Of a DNA stretch of 64,000 bases, positions 48,214 through 60,906 are shown piece after piece. Under the pieces are notes generated by a model. The model was not told the DNA's origin, did no database searches, and saw only the letters and a program-made list of their open reading frames with translations. Origin of the DNA: Podarcis pityusensis (taxonomy: Eukaryota); the NCBI GenBank assembly GCA_964106645.2, contig OZ067043.1; one strand, written 5' to 3'. The position numbers and the translations under genes are program-made. The stretch's first letter is position 1. Every line of letters starts with the position of its first letter.

Positions 48214-49342
48214 GTAAGAAAATTATCTCGATATGAGTTAAATATGATTTATTATTAGCATACTCTCAGCTTAAGTAAAAAAACACAGTGTGCATGTCAT
48301 GTGTTCAGTATATCATTTTCACAAGTTGAAACTTACACAGCTTGAACTCTGCATGAAGTTTACACTCCAAGAGCTAAAAAGGAATGTTGGTTTTTAAAGT
48401 CATCTCTTTGATAGTGAAAGCTGCTGCAGGGAAAAAAATCAACGAAAGATCCAGCTACGCAGATGATTCATGCCCCCCTCCCCACATGCATTCAGTATCT
48501 TTGGATCACAGCTATAGACTTGAGAATCTGATTGCCTCTTAGATTCTTGCAAGGGGCTTATGCTCGCCCAGTGGATCTTTTGATCTTTTCTTTGAATTGC
48601 TGAGCTCTATTCTGTATCACAGACTACTTTTGAAACGCACTTCAGTTTCAAAATCAGTTTAACTTACAACATGGGATGCGCCTATCAAAGAAAAACAAGT
48701 CTAAATCCCTTTGAGCTCATGAAATTATCCTTTCCTTTGATCCTGGCTGCTTTGCATCCACCTGCTGGGAAACAGCGGAATATAAGCCTTAAATAAATAA
48801 ATAACTTCCATTTTCCAGCACGGATAACTTTTTGAATTTGAACTTCATCATTCTAGAAATATTTTGCTTGTTACTTTTTATTGGATACTTCAGGACCTCA
48901 TTGTTGGATTTTTTAATAACACACAGTAGAAAAAAAACCCCTCAGTGTTTTGCTGTGTCAAGTGTTTGCGGGTTTTGTAGGCTTTTTAGTGCAAAAGCCA
49001 TAAAGTATTTTTTATTACAAATGCTTTGTTTCAAGATATTTTACAATCACCATTCTGTTCTGCTATAAATGCATTGGTATCTGAGTAAATTTAGCTTGAG
49101 TTGCAGTATAGAGCACTATTCACTTCAGCCTGGTTAAAATAATAGTCCCAAAAACAGATAATCTAACTGATCAGTTCTGTATACTGGCACCCCAGTTTAA
49201 ATACATTTACTTGGATGTTCCTTTGATAGAACACTCTTTTGATTTGAAAGCATATTATGAGCCAGTAGCTCTGACCATTTTAAATAATATTTGTGGGGAT
49301 AGCAACAAAACAAAGGTTGCAATCTTTAACTTTCTCTTCCAG

Positions 49343-49483
49343 TTGGAGTCGAGATGGCCACAAATTGGTGAGTGCGTCAACTGATAATATGGTATCTCAG
49401 TGGGATGTTCTGACTGGTGATTGTGACCAGAGGTTTCGTTTCCCTTCTCCGATCCTGAAAGTCCAGTACCATCCCCGCGATCA
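49343..49483 (+). CDS. RBBP5: RBBP5 exon 4 (141 nt)
   Basis: WSRDGHKLVSASTDNMVSQWDVLTGDCDQRFRFPSPILKVQYHPRD; donor CA|GTAAGT. Confidence 0.97.
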
Positions 49484-50538
49484 GTAAGTAATACTAACAA
49501 AGACCTTTCCCTAGAGCAGTCTTGGAAAACCGAATGGTTTCTTGCCTACCGTGTTCTAATCAAGATTATATGTCATCATTTGCCTTATTCAACACAGTTC
49601 TTTGCTGTGGGCCATATTCAACAAAATATGGGAGCCCATGCAACAAGTCCTACTAGCACAACAGGGGTCCTACCTCCTACAACACAGCCCTCAAATCAAT
49701 TTAGAGGGGAGCAGTTGGGAGAACCCCCATAACAGCGTGCAGGGGGGGGAGACGAGGGGTCCTTAGGTCTGGCAATCAGAAATGCTTGTGCTGATCATCA
49801 TCCCAGCGTGGTGCTGAATTCCTCCACTACGAGAGATTATCTGAAGCTTTGTTCTTGGAAGTCATCAATATGCTGGTGATAGTTCAATAGCAGTCTTCAG
49901 AAGTGGCCCCTCCATGCATATAGCCAATACATGAAGAGGGGTACTGGGATCCTGCCGTGCAGTCTGAGACGGTTGACTGCTCACTTCCCACTCCCACCTC
50001 CTGACATCTGGCATTGAGGGGATCTTTGCACAGATAGTTGTACATGCAGAGACTCTTAATCCTAGTGGGTGGCCATCTTTATAGCCCAATTCAATATGCT
50101 GCTACTTGTTTTAAAGCATGACTACCATGTGATTGAAGAATAGTAGCCAAGTAATAGATTAAATCTGCATTAATTTGCATTTGTGGAAGGCCACCATAAT
50201 TCTAAAGAAAAAGATGCAGACACCTCATGCAAGAAAGGGCTCTGCCAAGCTTCTGCTTTCTATCTGCAGTGTCTTGTCTGCATCCCTAAGCCTTTTGCCC
50301 GGAGGGCTTTCCCTGCCTTGATCCCATCCCCCTCATCTCTGTGTTCTCTCTCTTTTCTTGTCCTCGTTGATCTCTAGCTCTGCAGCCTCTGCTTTCAGGC
50401 ATACACAAAGTTCCTGCATCCTTAGAAACCTCCTTTTAGCCCACCCCTTTTTCCCCTGTTACAAAAGAGACACCAGGTAAGAAAATAGAAAATTTGAGAA
50501 TTTCTTTTTTTGTTTCTTGTTGGTTTCTATTTGTTTAG

Positions 50539-50701
50539 AAACAGGGTGTTGGTATGTCCAATGAAGTCTGCACCTGTCATGCTAACATTGTCTGATTCAA
50601 AACATGTTGTCCTACCAGTGGATGATGATTCTGATCTGAATGTGGTGGCTTCTTTTGACCGGCGAGGGGAATATATCTACACGGGGAATGCTAAAGGGAA
50701 G
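50539..50701 (+). CDS. RBBP5: RBBP5 exon 5 (163 nt)
   Basis: NRVLVCPMKSAPVMLTLSDSKHVVLPVDDDSDLNVVASFDRRGEYIYTGNAKGK; donor AAG|GTGAGA. Confidence 0.97.
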
Positions 50702-51050
50702 GTGAGAACTCACTGAACTAATATTTGGTGGGTAGCGGGTTCAGTTTTCTAATTTGTATGACTTGCCTTAGAAGTGTTGTAAATAGAAGAAACGGGCTTC
50801 CCTTTATTGCTGTCTTGGTTCGCTCTCTCAGCTCAAAATATTCCAGGAATATCATGATTCTAAGCAAAATTTATTTCAGCTTTGATGAAGCAGCTGGGTA
50901 CACATTATCTAAAATAGACTATGCAGAGAAAAAATTATCTTATTCAGAAATGAAAGGTTGTTAACATGTGAGGGTCACAGACAACTGCACCATAGTGCCT
51001 TGACTATAGTTTGTGTATGCCACATTCAACCCATTGATGGATGTGAGAAA

Positions 51051-51053
<3 letters not shown>

Positions 51054-51087
<34 letters not shown>
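51054..51087. repeat. (AC)17 microsatellite
   Basis: Perfect dinucleotide run in RBBP5 intron 5. Confidence 0.97.
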
Positions 51088-51089
<2 letters not shown>

Positions 51090-51743
51090 TGGCACCCTTT
51101 TGTACATCACCATTGCTTGATCTACATTATTGACATTCTTCCCTACCAGTTCTAGCTGTGTATGCAGTTGCTGGCTTCTTTACATTTCTAATGAACGCTT
51201 ATATTTTTTTAATGAAGAATTCAGCTTAGGCGCTCTGACATATCTGCTGTGAACTGAATCAGATACTAACTGTGTAACTTCATAACATTTCCTATTTAAA
51301 TAAACAGCCCAAATGCTTTGAAATTCCCCACCCCGCACCCGTCTGTGTCCAAGAAACCTTCAGAATTTAATGTAGTGAACAATGTCATCATGGGACTTTT
51401 TCTTTTGGACAGATCCCATTTTAGAGAATGAATTGCATGCAGTTGCTGCACAGAGATTGTCTACTCTCATTCCATACCTGCTCCATTGGATTTCACTGTC
51501 TTAAATTGATGGTGTTGCTGGTGTTGAACTTGCCGCTAACCTCTCCTTTTTATTGATGAGAGAGGAAGACATGGTTCCTTGCTTAGTTGTCTCATAAATC
51601 ACTGACAGGACTGACTTTTAATAGCACACTTTGATGTCTGTGCAGACTTTTATTGCCTTTCCTTATGAACTCTAAACAAGAAGTGTATGTGGTGAAAAGG
51701 TCACAGTAAAAGTTACCTGCTTTATTTTTACTTATGTTGTTAG

Positions 51744-51853
51744 ATCTTGGTCTTAAAGACAGACACTCAGGACCTTGTTGCTTCCTTCAGAGTAACTACA
51801 GGAACCAGCAATACTACAGCTATTAAATCTATAGAGTTTGCTCGAAAAGGAAG
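51744..51853 (+). CDS. RBBP5: RBBP5 exon 6 (110 nt)
   Basis: ILVLKTDTQDLVASFRVTTGTSNTTAIKSIEFARKG; donor AAG|GTGAGT. Confidence 0.97.
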
Positions 51854-52285
51854 GTGAGTTGAAGACTTTGACTCTTTCATACATGGAGAGCTGCTGTTCA
51901 AATAACATTGTCCTTGGGAAGGCCTAAAGGAGGTATTTGGTTGTACCTTTGGTCTTAGTTTGTACTTGATTAACTTGCCAGTGCTTGTGCTTGTAGGGGT
52001 AAGAGTTTCATTACTTTTTAGTCTTACTGGTGATTTAGTTTTAATTATTTTACTGTACAGTGATATTGCTATATTGGATGCTTTTAATTAACTCTTACTG
52101 TATATCACCTAGAGGCTCGGGTGGAAGTGTAACAAATAAATTCAATGAAATATTAATAATAATACTAGGATCCTGGTCTATGGGTTTATCCTATTTCTTA
52201 TATAACCTGCTGGAGCACAGTGGCTCAGCAGTATATTTGGAATGAATGGTTTTACAGCATTTTGTATCTCTTTCCCCTCCCTTAG

Positions 52286-52405
52286 TTGCTTTCTAATAAA
52301 TACTGCTGATCGCATAATCAGAGTCTATGACGGTCGGGAAATCTTGACTTGTGGTAGAGATGGAGAACCAGAGCCAATGCAAAAGCTGCAGGACTTGGTG
52401 AACAG
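52286..52405 (+). CDS. RBBP5: RBBP5 exon 7 (120 nt)
   Basis: CFLINTADRIIRVYDGREILTCGRDGEPEPMQKLQDLVN; donor CAG|GTAGGA. Confidence 0.97.
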
Positions 52406-53825
52406 GTAGGAATTATCTGCCTTGAGTCAGGGGCATGTGCGTTTCAGTATTCAAAGGCCCTACTGCTAGTTTGTCCTCTGGTATAACTTCATTTCTCGAA
52501 GCTTGAAAAACAAGCATTCTACCCCCTAAAGACCCTGAGTGTTGTTGTTCTAAAGGAACTAGGTCCAGATTGCCTGCTTCCTGGCTCTCAGAGCCCTTTC
52601 TTCTGCAGTAAAGCAGGATCCCCTTTCTATATTGTGCAACACTATCCACAATTACTTTTTGAATATTGGGGGGGGGGGGGATGAGTCTTCTGTAATCCAA
52701 AAAATAGGCTGTATTTTTTTTACTTAAATTCAAAATATAATCTCTAACATAGCATCATGTAGTGTAAAGAGAAGCCTGAGATTCATAGACAGGGCAGTGT
52801 TTGGATTAATTGCTGCCTTTACTACATTTATAAAACATCTTTCTGCCAGTGCACTCAAGGCAGTTAAAAGTTTTAAATCTTCATTATTGATATTATTTCT
52901 TCTAGTTGTTAAACACTTCATAAACAAGTTTTCTAGGCATTGTACAAGTTGATTTAAAACATAACAATTATATTGTAAAACCTGCAGTCAATCTTAAATT
53001 TCCAACCCAGGATGAAACCCAAATGCAAAAAGCCAACACAATAAAATGCAACACAGATCACAGGAGCTTAAAACAGCCATCGGTTAGCAGATCTAAAACC
53101 ACTAAGATGCACTACAGTTAAAGCCTTCAAATGCCCTGCAGAACAGAAAACTCATGGTCTGGGAAGAGGAAACTAAGATAGTCATGGCCAGTCGTCTGAG
53201 GGTGGGGGCAACGGGGTGGGCATTTGGGGGTGTTTTGCTATCTCACCTTTCCCTCTGATGCAGCTAGGTTGTTTGGCTGCTAATGAAGATAGAACTGGTT
53301 TTTGCTAGGCTGGTGGGGGCAGGGGCTCATCTCAATGCTCCCTTTGAAGCAGCCAGATGGAATGATGGGAGTTGTTGACAGTTCCTTGCTTAGCTGCCAG
53401 CCAGGTCCTTCTCACAGTTTTTAAGTCGCTCCTCTGCACCAGCTACTGTCCTATTCTTATATTTTTCTATAAGTTCACATCAGTTCTGGTTGCTTACAAA
53501 AGCGACTGAACACAGCATCAAAGTCTGCAACAACGCAATAGCGAGGCAAGTGAAGCAACTGCAACCTGCATATAGTTTTTCAAGCTTTCTTATTTTCTTT
53601 TAGATTTGTTTGCGTGAGACTTAAGATCAAAGAAGTTATTTTGGGGGAATGTATCCTGACTTGACCGATTTGTATAACTTGCATTGTGGAATTTACTATT
53701 TGCAGTTTCAGAGAAGCCCACTTCCAGCTATGCATAATCATCTTTTAACAATTGCAATTCTTTTGAACCCTTGCTTCTCCCTAGTGTACACTTGAACAAG
53801 GTTCTGTTAATTGCTATTTCTACAG

Positions 53826-53979
53826 GACGCCTTGGAAGAAATGCTGTTTCTCTGGCGATGGGGAATACATTGTTGCAGGGTCAGCACGTCAGCATGCTTT
53901 GTACATCTGGGAGAAGAGCATTGGGAACTTAGTGAAAATCCTCCATGGCACAAGGGGAGAGCTGTTGCTAGATGTGGCA
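53826..53979 (+). CDS. RBBP5: RBBP5 exon 8 (154 nt)
   Basis: TPWKKCCFSGDGEYIVAGSARQHALYIWEKSIGNLVKILHGTRGELLLDVA; donor GCA|GTAAGT. Confidence 0.97.
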
Positions 53980-54081
53980 GTAAGTACTGCATTGTCTCCT
54001 TCTAACAGGATTCACAACTTTGGGCCAGACTGTATTTTTAAAAATGTACCACTTTTCTTCCCTCTTTCTGGTATAATCTAG

Positions 54082-54153
54082 TGGCATCCTGTCCGACCTA
54101 TCATCGCTTCTATTTCCAGTGGTGTAGTATCCATATGGGCTCAAAATCAAGTG
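54082..54153 (+). CDS. RBBP5: RBBP5 exon 9 (72 nt)
   Basis: WHPVRPIIASISSGVVSIWAQNQV; donor GTG|GTAAGT. Confidence 0.97.
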
Positions 54154-54600
54154 GTAAGTAGTACTGATGCATTTTCTTCCATTTCTACACTTTAATTTCC
54201 CTGGATGACCCTTATTTCATTGGTCATTCTGGTTTTATTTTTTGCCATTATTTGCATAAGCTTTTACACTGCAGGACCAACATCTTTCTAAAAATACTAG
54301 AGAGAATCAAATAATTTCAAAACTGATAAAAAACTGTTTGTAGCCAGAGGGTTGCAAGAATGATTTTCACTGAAGAGAGAAGAAAAATGGGAAGAGATGA
54401 AAGAGATCCTGATTTCATGTTACGTAAAACAAGTAACTAGCCCTCTTGTTTAGTAGGCCTTGTGACTCTGTATCTCAAAGAAGGACTGGTCCTATGATGT
54501 CGCACATGGTTTGTGGCACTTTGGTGCATAGCTCGGGTGTGATTATATAGCTGCTGTACCAGGGCACGAACGTAAAATGTTCTTTGGATTTGTGGCTTAG

Positions 54601-54718
54601 GAAAACTGGAGTGCCTTTGCACCTGATTTTAAGGAACTGGATGAAAATGTAGAATATGAAGAGCGAGAGTCTGAGTTTGACATAGAAGATGAAGATAAGA
54701 GCGAGCCAGAGCAGACAG
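54601..54718 (+). CDS. RBBP5: RBBP5 exon 10 (118 nt), activation segment / ASH2L-binding acidic region
   Basis: [39 protein letters not shown]; donor CAG|GTAAAG. Confidence 0.97.
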
Positions 54719-54972
54719 GTAAAGAATGCATTGACTGAAATTGCCCAGTGTAAAAGTATATGGACTGTGTATAGCTTTGCATCCTTATTGTGTAGCATCA
54801 GCCCAGATTACCCCCTTCCTCTGCCCCCAGAACTGGAGCTGCAAGCAATCTTCGCCTCTTGGTGCACATCAGGGTACAAAAAGCACCTCAGTATTATTCT
54901 CTCAAACTGTGTGTGAATGGCAGAGTAAAAAACGCAATAATCAGTGATGCCCTTTCTGAGTTTGATGATATA

Positions 54973-55329
54973 CCATATTGGCCTTAAAATAAGCCGCACT
55001 TTCCCCCCAAATTCCAACCGTGAAAAGTTTAAGTGTGGCTTGTATTTGCAACTTTACGGTATGCAGCCAGGAGTGTGGCAAAGTGGCACCAGCCCCACGC
55101 ATAGTCCCACGTCCTCTAACCCAAAGCCGGAAAGGGAGAGAGCAATGAAGAGGAAAGGCCACTGGCAACACAGTGCGGCTCCCCCCAACCCCGGCCCAGT
55201 ATGCAGCCAGGAGTAGCGAGGAAGGGAGCAGCTTATATTCGGGTATTTTTCCTTTTTTTCTTTCCCCTCCCCCCCAATTTTAAAGGTGCGGCTTATATTT
55301 GAGTGTGGCTTATATTTAGGCCAATACGG
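54973..55329. mobile_element. Tc1/mariner (pogo-like) MITE
   Basis: TA TSD; TIRs CCATATTGGCCTTAAAATAAGCCGCACT / AGTGTGGCTTATATTTAGGCCAATACGG; GCTTATATT subrepeats; internal direct repeat GTATGCAGCCAGGAGT. Confidence 0.85.
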
Positions 55330-56428
55330 TATTAGTATTCTTTTTGTATCTTGTCCACCTCAGGAACATTTTGTATTCAAGGTGTGAGATACAAATTTAA
55401 CAGTTCTTCTGATTTAACACAGCTTGAGCCTTTGAATCTATAGGCCACATATCAAGACCCATTTCACGGCCCGTCTAGTATAAGGGTTAGCAAACTGTTT
55501 CTAGTTTTTGCCGCTACTACTCCTTATTCTGTGCTGTTTTGGGATCCCAGGTTAATTATTCCAGTACCCAAACTACCCACTAGGTAATTTTCATTTAGTT
55601 TCGTTTCCAGAGAATGCCTTTGCATCTAGGAAGGCTGAGCACCCTAGACTCCCTTTCCAGTGGTGCTGATGAGTCTTCCATTACTGATGCTTATATTGTC
55701 TTCAGTCCTTCCTTCCTATATTCGTGGGTTCTTGCAGTCCAAGGTTCTTGTCTTCTGTTCTTCCCTAGTTATCTGTTGCATTTTTCAGCCAAGCAAGAAT
55801 TCTTGTTCCGATTCTTTACTTCCAGACTTCTAGTAGCCATCTGTTTGATGTCTTCAGAGAGTTGTTATCCTACTGATCAAGGTTCTGTGGGCATTTAAAA
55901 CTACCGCTGGTGCTTAATGGCTTGTTCACTGACAGCTGATTTAGCTGCAATCTGGTCCAACACAAACCGCAGTCCTGCAGAATTTAAGCAGGTACTTCCT
56001 AGTATTTGGAAAAAGGGGACTTAATTACTGAAGTCGGTGCAAAGGCTCACATTCCACTTAATTTTCACCTTTGCAAGATTTATGTTTTAACAATGTACCT
56101 AGGCAAACAAGCTTCAGTAATTCATGAAATGTCATAGCTGTTGCTAGGGAAACAAGGTTGAATGTAAGGCAATAAAAGCACAGATTTGTGATGGTGCCAA
56201 ACAAGGTAAGTATACAGCAGGATTTTTTAAAAAAAGTCTAGAGAAGAAAAGAGGCTCACTTCTCATTGCCATTTTTTTCCATTGCCAATTATTTTGTAAG
56301 AAGTTAGGCATCAGAACAGCATGAGTTTAATTTTGTGACATAGGGCTTATTTAGGCATCAGATGAAGCTTGGCAATGAGACCTCTCTGTTGCTGCCAACT
56401 TGTGATTTAGAATTTCTTTGGTTATCAG

Positions 56429-56498
56429 GTGCTGATGCTGCGGAGGATGAGGAAGTGGACGTCACCAGTGTAGATCCCATTGCTGCTTTTTGTAGCAG
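56429..56498 (+). CDS. RBBP5: RBBP5 exon 11 (70 nt), WDR5-binding motif
   Basis: GADAAEDEEVDVTSVDPIAAFCS; donor CAG|GTGAAT. Confidence 0.97.
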
Positions 56499-57410
56499 GT
56501 GAATGTGGCAGCGGCGAGGGTGTTGAAAGACTGCACATAATAAATATTTGCTGATCACTAAAAAGATATGTTCACTAGGACTGTCAACTAATTAAAGAAA
56601 TCTTAGTTAGTTACGGGTTTTAATAGATGAACAGTGCAGTTCTGTGCAGGCTTACTCTGAAGAAAGTCACCCTGTGTTCAGTAAGACTCTCCCTGGCTAG
56701 GCCAGTTAGGATTGCAGAGTAAATATGCATATCTTTTCATATGAGCAAGGCAGAGCCTCCCTATGAACCTATTTAGGCTCCCCAGGCCTTCCCATTGGGC
56801 TGCTGTGTGGTTTGGCTCAAATCATGGCCACCTGACCATCACCTGATGTCACTCGACAGGTAAACTTGGTTCTTTCCTTACAGCTTCTAGTAGAGTTCAG
56901 TGTTTCTTGAATTTGGCTCCTTTTTCTGTCATCCTGCAGCAACAGAAAAAGATGCCAAATTCAAAAAGGGCCCAATTGCATATGGAAAGGAAGAGTTGCT
57001 TAGAAATGCTCCCAGTTCTTTCTTTACAACTCAGCTTGAATTCAAACCAGGCTGCAAAGGAAGAACGGAGAGGACATTTCAGATTCTACCTTTGAAGTTG
57101 AATCACCTGACCTCCATATGATTTACAGGTGAGCAGCCCCACCCACCAGTCAAAATGACCTGTAGGAGAAGTTCTGGATCTAGTGTGGCCAATGGCCAGG
57201 GATAATGGGGGTCATAGTTAGCAAAATCTGAAGGGCCATGGGTTAGCCATTCCTGCTGTAGAGTGTGTCTGAATGGCTAATTTTGGAGGTCAGTGTAGCT
57301 CTTGTTCTGGATAAGAACACAAGAACAAAATTGTGTTTGTGTGTATTTTTTTCAATCCTGTAGCATGAGTTTTGTGTGTTTAATGGGAAAAAATAAAATT
57401 TCCTTGGCAG

Positions 57411-57640
57411 CGATGAAGAATTGGAAGACTCCAAAGCTTTGTTGTACTTGCCTATTGCTCCTGAAGTGGAAGACCCGGAGGAAAACCCTTATGGTCCTCC
57501 ACCAGATGCAGTGCAGACCGCCTTACCTGATGAGGGAATAGGCTCTGAAAAGAAGAGGCAGTCTTTGTCTGATGGACCTCAGCCACCAAAGAAGAAACCT
57601 AAAACAACCAACATAGAACTGCAGGGAGTACCCAATGATG
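57411..57640 (+). CDS. RBBP5: RBBP5 exon 12 (230 nt)
   Basis: DEELEDSKALLYLPIAPEVEDPEENPYGPPPDAVQ...PPKKKPKTTNIELQGVPND; donor G|GTGAGG. Confidence 0.96.
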
Positions 57641-57791
57641 GTGAGGGAGAATTGCTATCATTGCTGCTGTCCAATATCTTCATAACTTCAGATTATATTA
57701 GAACTTAGCGAAAATGGCTGTGAGTGGTAAATAAGTCCTTTCTCAGCTTGTGCCATTACGATTGACAGGGCATTTGAACTGCTAGATAAGC

Positions 57792-58054
57792 TAGGGTTGC
57801 CATATTTCAAAAAGTGAAGCGAACACAAAAGTTGTTGAGTTTTTTTAGAGTTTTGCCCTAAGTTGTTGAGCTTTGCAAAATCTTAAAAAAGAATGAAGTT
57901 GTTGAACTATTTTTAAGGGAATTCAGCAAAATCTAGACTTCCAACATGGTTTTGCCATGCGTCCAGATCTTCCTGGACATTTGCGCAATTTCCACCTGGA
58001 CACTGCTTCCGACAGCCACTATATCCAGGAAAATCCAGGCGTATGGCAACCCTA
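57792..58054. mobile_element. hAT-type MITE
   Basis: Perfect 13-bp TIR TAGGGTTGCCATA / TATGGCAACCCTA; degenerate 8-bp TSD AGATAAGC/ATTTAAGC; AAGTTGTTGA x3 inside. Confidence 0.85.
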
Positions 58055-58566
58055 ATTTAAGCAAGTAAGATCCCTATGTTTCTTAGATCTCATTATCTTA
58101 CTCACTTGGGGCTAACAGTACTGAATCTTTCCTCACGGGCTTAGAATTTTTGCCTGGCTGCACTCCTCATTATAGGCATTCCTCGTATCTGTGACTACTG
58201 AATGGAAATTATGGTCAATTAGCTCAAGTACTTGTTTAGTAACCTGTGGTGTTATACATTTCCTCTAAAGCACCTGGACCAGGTGCTGTCTTGACCTGAG
58301 TAGACCAGTTTATTCTTCGGTTCTATACAACAAACTGCTGGCAAACTCAACTTAATTCTAACTTCCAGCTCATCCTACTGTCCTAAAATGATTCAGAACC
58401 GCTGCTCTCCCTTTCTTATTTCTAAAAAAAGAGAAAAATGCCATAAGTCCCCTTTCCTGTGTTATGGCACGAGCCTTCAGAGATCTGCAAAGTACACAGG
58501 GCGAGTAAATGCACTGTAAACTGAAAAGATGTACTTCCTGTTCCAAACCTGCCTCTTCCTTTGCAG

Positions 58567-58761
58567 AAGTCCATCCGCTTCTGGGTGTGAAAGGAGATGG
58601 TAAATCCAAGAAGAAGCAAGCAGGCAGGCCTAAAGGATCAAAAGGTAAAGAGAAAGATTCTCCATTTAAACCGAAACTCTACAAAGGGGACAGAGGTTCT
58701 TTACCTCTGGAAGGAGCAGCGAAGGGTAAAGTGCAGGCGGAGCTGGGACAGCCTTTGCCAG
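58567..58761 (+). CDS. RBBP5: RBBP5 exon 13 (195 nt; internal alternative donor after 58644)
   Basis: EVHPLLGVKGDGKSKKKQAGRPKGSKGKEKDSPFKPKLYKGDRG...ELGQPLP; donor CAG|GTAAGG. Confidence 0.95.
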
Positions 58762-60726
58762 GTAAGGACCCAGCGTGAGCATCTGCTTGCTTGGTGACCT
58801 TGCTTCGTACAGACATGGCATAGCCTTAGCACTTTAGCTCCCCAAATGGCATTTGCTTGCTGAGTGTTTTAGCTGCTCTGCTTTCAAGGACAGACAAAAT
58901 TTTGCTTCTTGGAACAGGGCGGTTGCCCTCGTTGCCGCAAATAACAATAGGCACCCACAAGTTGTAGGCACATCAAGTAAATAACGCGAAGGCTGAGAAA
59001 AATAAGACGTGTTATACAGAAATGGCATCAAGCCATTAACTTGCGGGTTCTCCTCCTAGGACTGTGCATCATTGGTGCCACACAACCCAAATTTGCTAGT
59101 CGTGAAGGCTGTTTGGAGTCCAAAGCAGAGATAAAAAATGATGGGGAGCATGCAGAGCTAAAATATTGTTGCGTGACACTCTTGTGAAATATCTGATGCT
59201 GCAAAAAAAGAAAAGATTAAAGGGGAAAAGGGAGTAGCTATCCCACAGTAGCATTTCTGGTGACTGTGGTTGAGTTTCATTGCCTATGAAAATTTAGTGA
59301 TGTGTCCATATTACGGATCCATGCTCTGGACAGTTGCTTGCTAGTTGGAAGGTTGCTACCAAGAGTTTTAAAACTGGCTCTATGTATTTTATCTAAGCAA
59401 GTTCAATAATACTGGCAGTAAGTTGAATGCGAGAGTTCTACATCCCATTACTTCAGTGCTATGCAGGTGATCAATGCCCATATTGTACTCCTCTAATTGT
59501 GTGTAAATTTGGGAAAGCTGCTTTCTGCCCAGTTTGACAAAGTTCAAGGAGGCAGGAGAAAGTGGGTTTTGCAAGGAATAGGAAGTGACTTTTGATCATA
59601 TTTTATATAAAAATTGTTACACGTAATAGGGATTCAGATGTGATATGTATGTGCAAACTTTTGTATGTCCTTGAAGTTCAGCAGCTATTGCTGTGAATTT
59701 TTTTTTTTATAATCTCCAGAACAGCTATTTTTTTTAACCCTTTCTTTCCCTCACTGCTGGTCCTGTGTTACCCAGCTTGCTCATTGTCCTTCCTGCTCTG
59801 CTCCTGTTAAGTTGCTTTTGTAGTATTAATAAATGCATTGAGTTATTGCTTACAAGTGATGCAATGAACAAAATGTGGCAGCTTTCCAAAGCAGAAATCT
59901 GTTTGGTTTGTTGTTTTCCTGCTAACTTATGTTTGTTCTGTAGCTTCTCAACAAAACTGTTTTAGTAAGTAATCAGTGGCAGAACTTCTTGTAAGACACC
60001 CCCTCCCCTCCAAAAGGTACCCTTGAGTTTTGCAGAAATGAGATTGAGATCAAATGGCACCATGCTACACATTTTCTGAAATCTTAAACTATAGTAGGTA
60101 TATGCAGGAGAGCCACCATGTTAAAAAGTATGGGTGGTATCTGACTAAATCATACTTGAAACAGGCCCATCAAAATGAATGGGCAAGTTAACATTTGCCA
60201 GCTTAAGTCCATAGATTTCCATGAGTCTGCTCTGAAGAAGTCAGATACCATCCATTAATTGTTCATGTTTTTGACAATGCAAACATATTACTTGGACAGA
60301 GCAGAATTAGCGGCCAAATCCTTAAAAAAAAAAACCACACACAATTTTCTAGATTTGTTTAGAAGTTTGCAACTATGAAGTCTTTGTGACTTTATTTGGG
60401 GAGTGTTACAGAACCATGCAAGCTGATGCAGAAATAGATGCCTGCACATGAGACGAGGCAAGAAACCAAGTTAACGGGATGCCTGTGCCAGAAGAACAGT
60501 ATTTCATCTTTCCTCCTGGTGTGGGCTTACTGTCAGATTGGTGCTTTGGGGTATCCTCTGTTAGACTCAGATACAACTTCTGTATTCAGAAATGTTGACC
60601 CACTCAAGGCGTGAACTGTAGAGCAGGTGCTCTGCTTTTCACAGTCAAGCTCTGGCCTGTTTCTGGTTGTTAATTAAAAATGCTTAGGAAAATGCTTGTC
60701 TTGTCTTCAACAACTTTCTGGGGAAA

Positions 60727-60906
60727 AATAGGAAGCTACCTTAGAGTGCATCAAACCCTTAGTCCTAGCTCAGCATTATACTTGCTGACTGTCAGTGGCT
60801 GTCCAGGATATTAAGCAGAAGTCCTTTGCTGCCTAACCAGGAGATGCCATGGATTCAACCCGTGGCTTTTTGCAAGGAAAGCATGTGATCTACCACTGAA
60901 TGGTGG
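60727..60906 (-). mobile_element. tRNA-derived squamate SINE (Squam3-like), old
   Basis: Reverse-complement similarity to 42057-42248 (ATAGGAAGC tail, CTAGCTCAGCATT, CTACCACTGA head). Confidence 0.68.
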
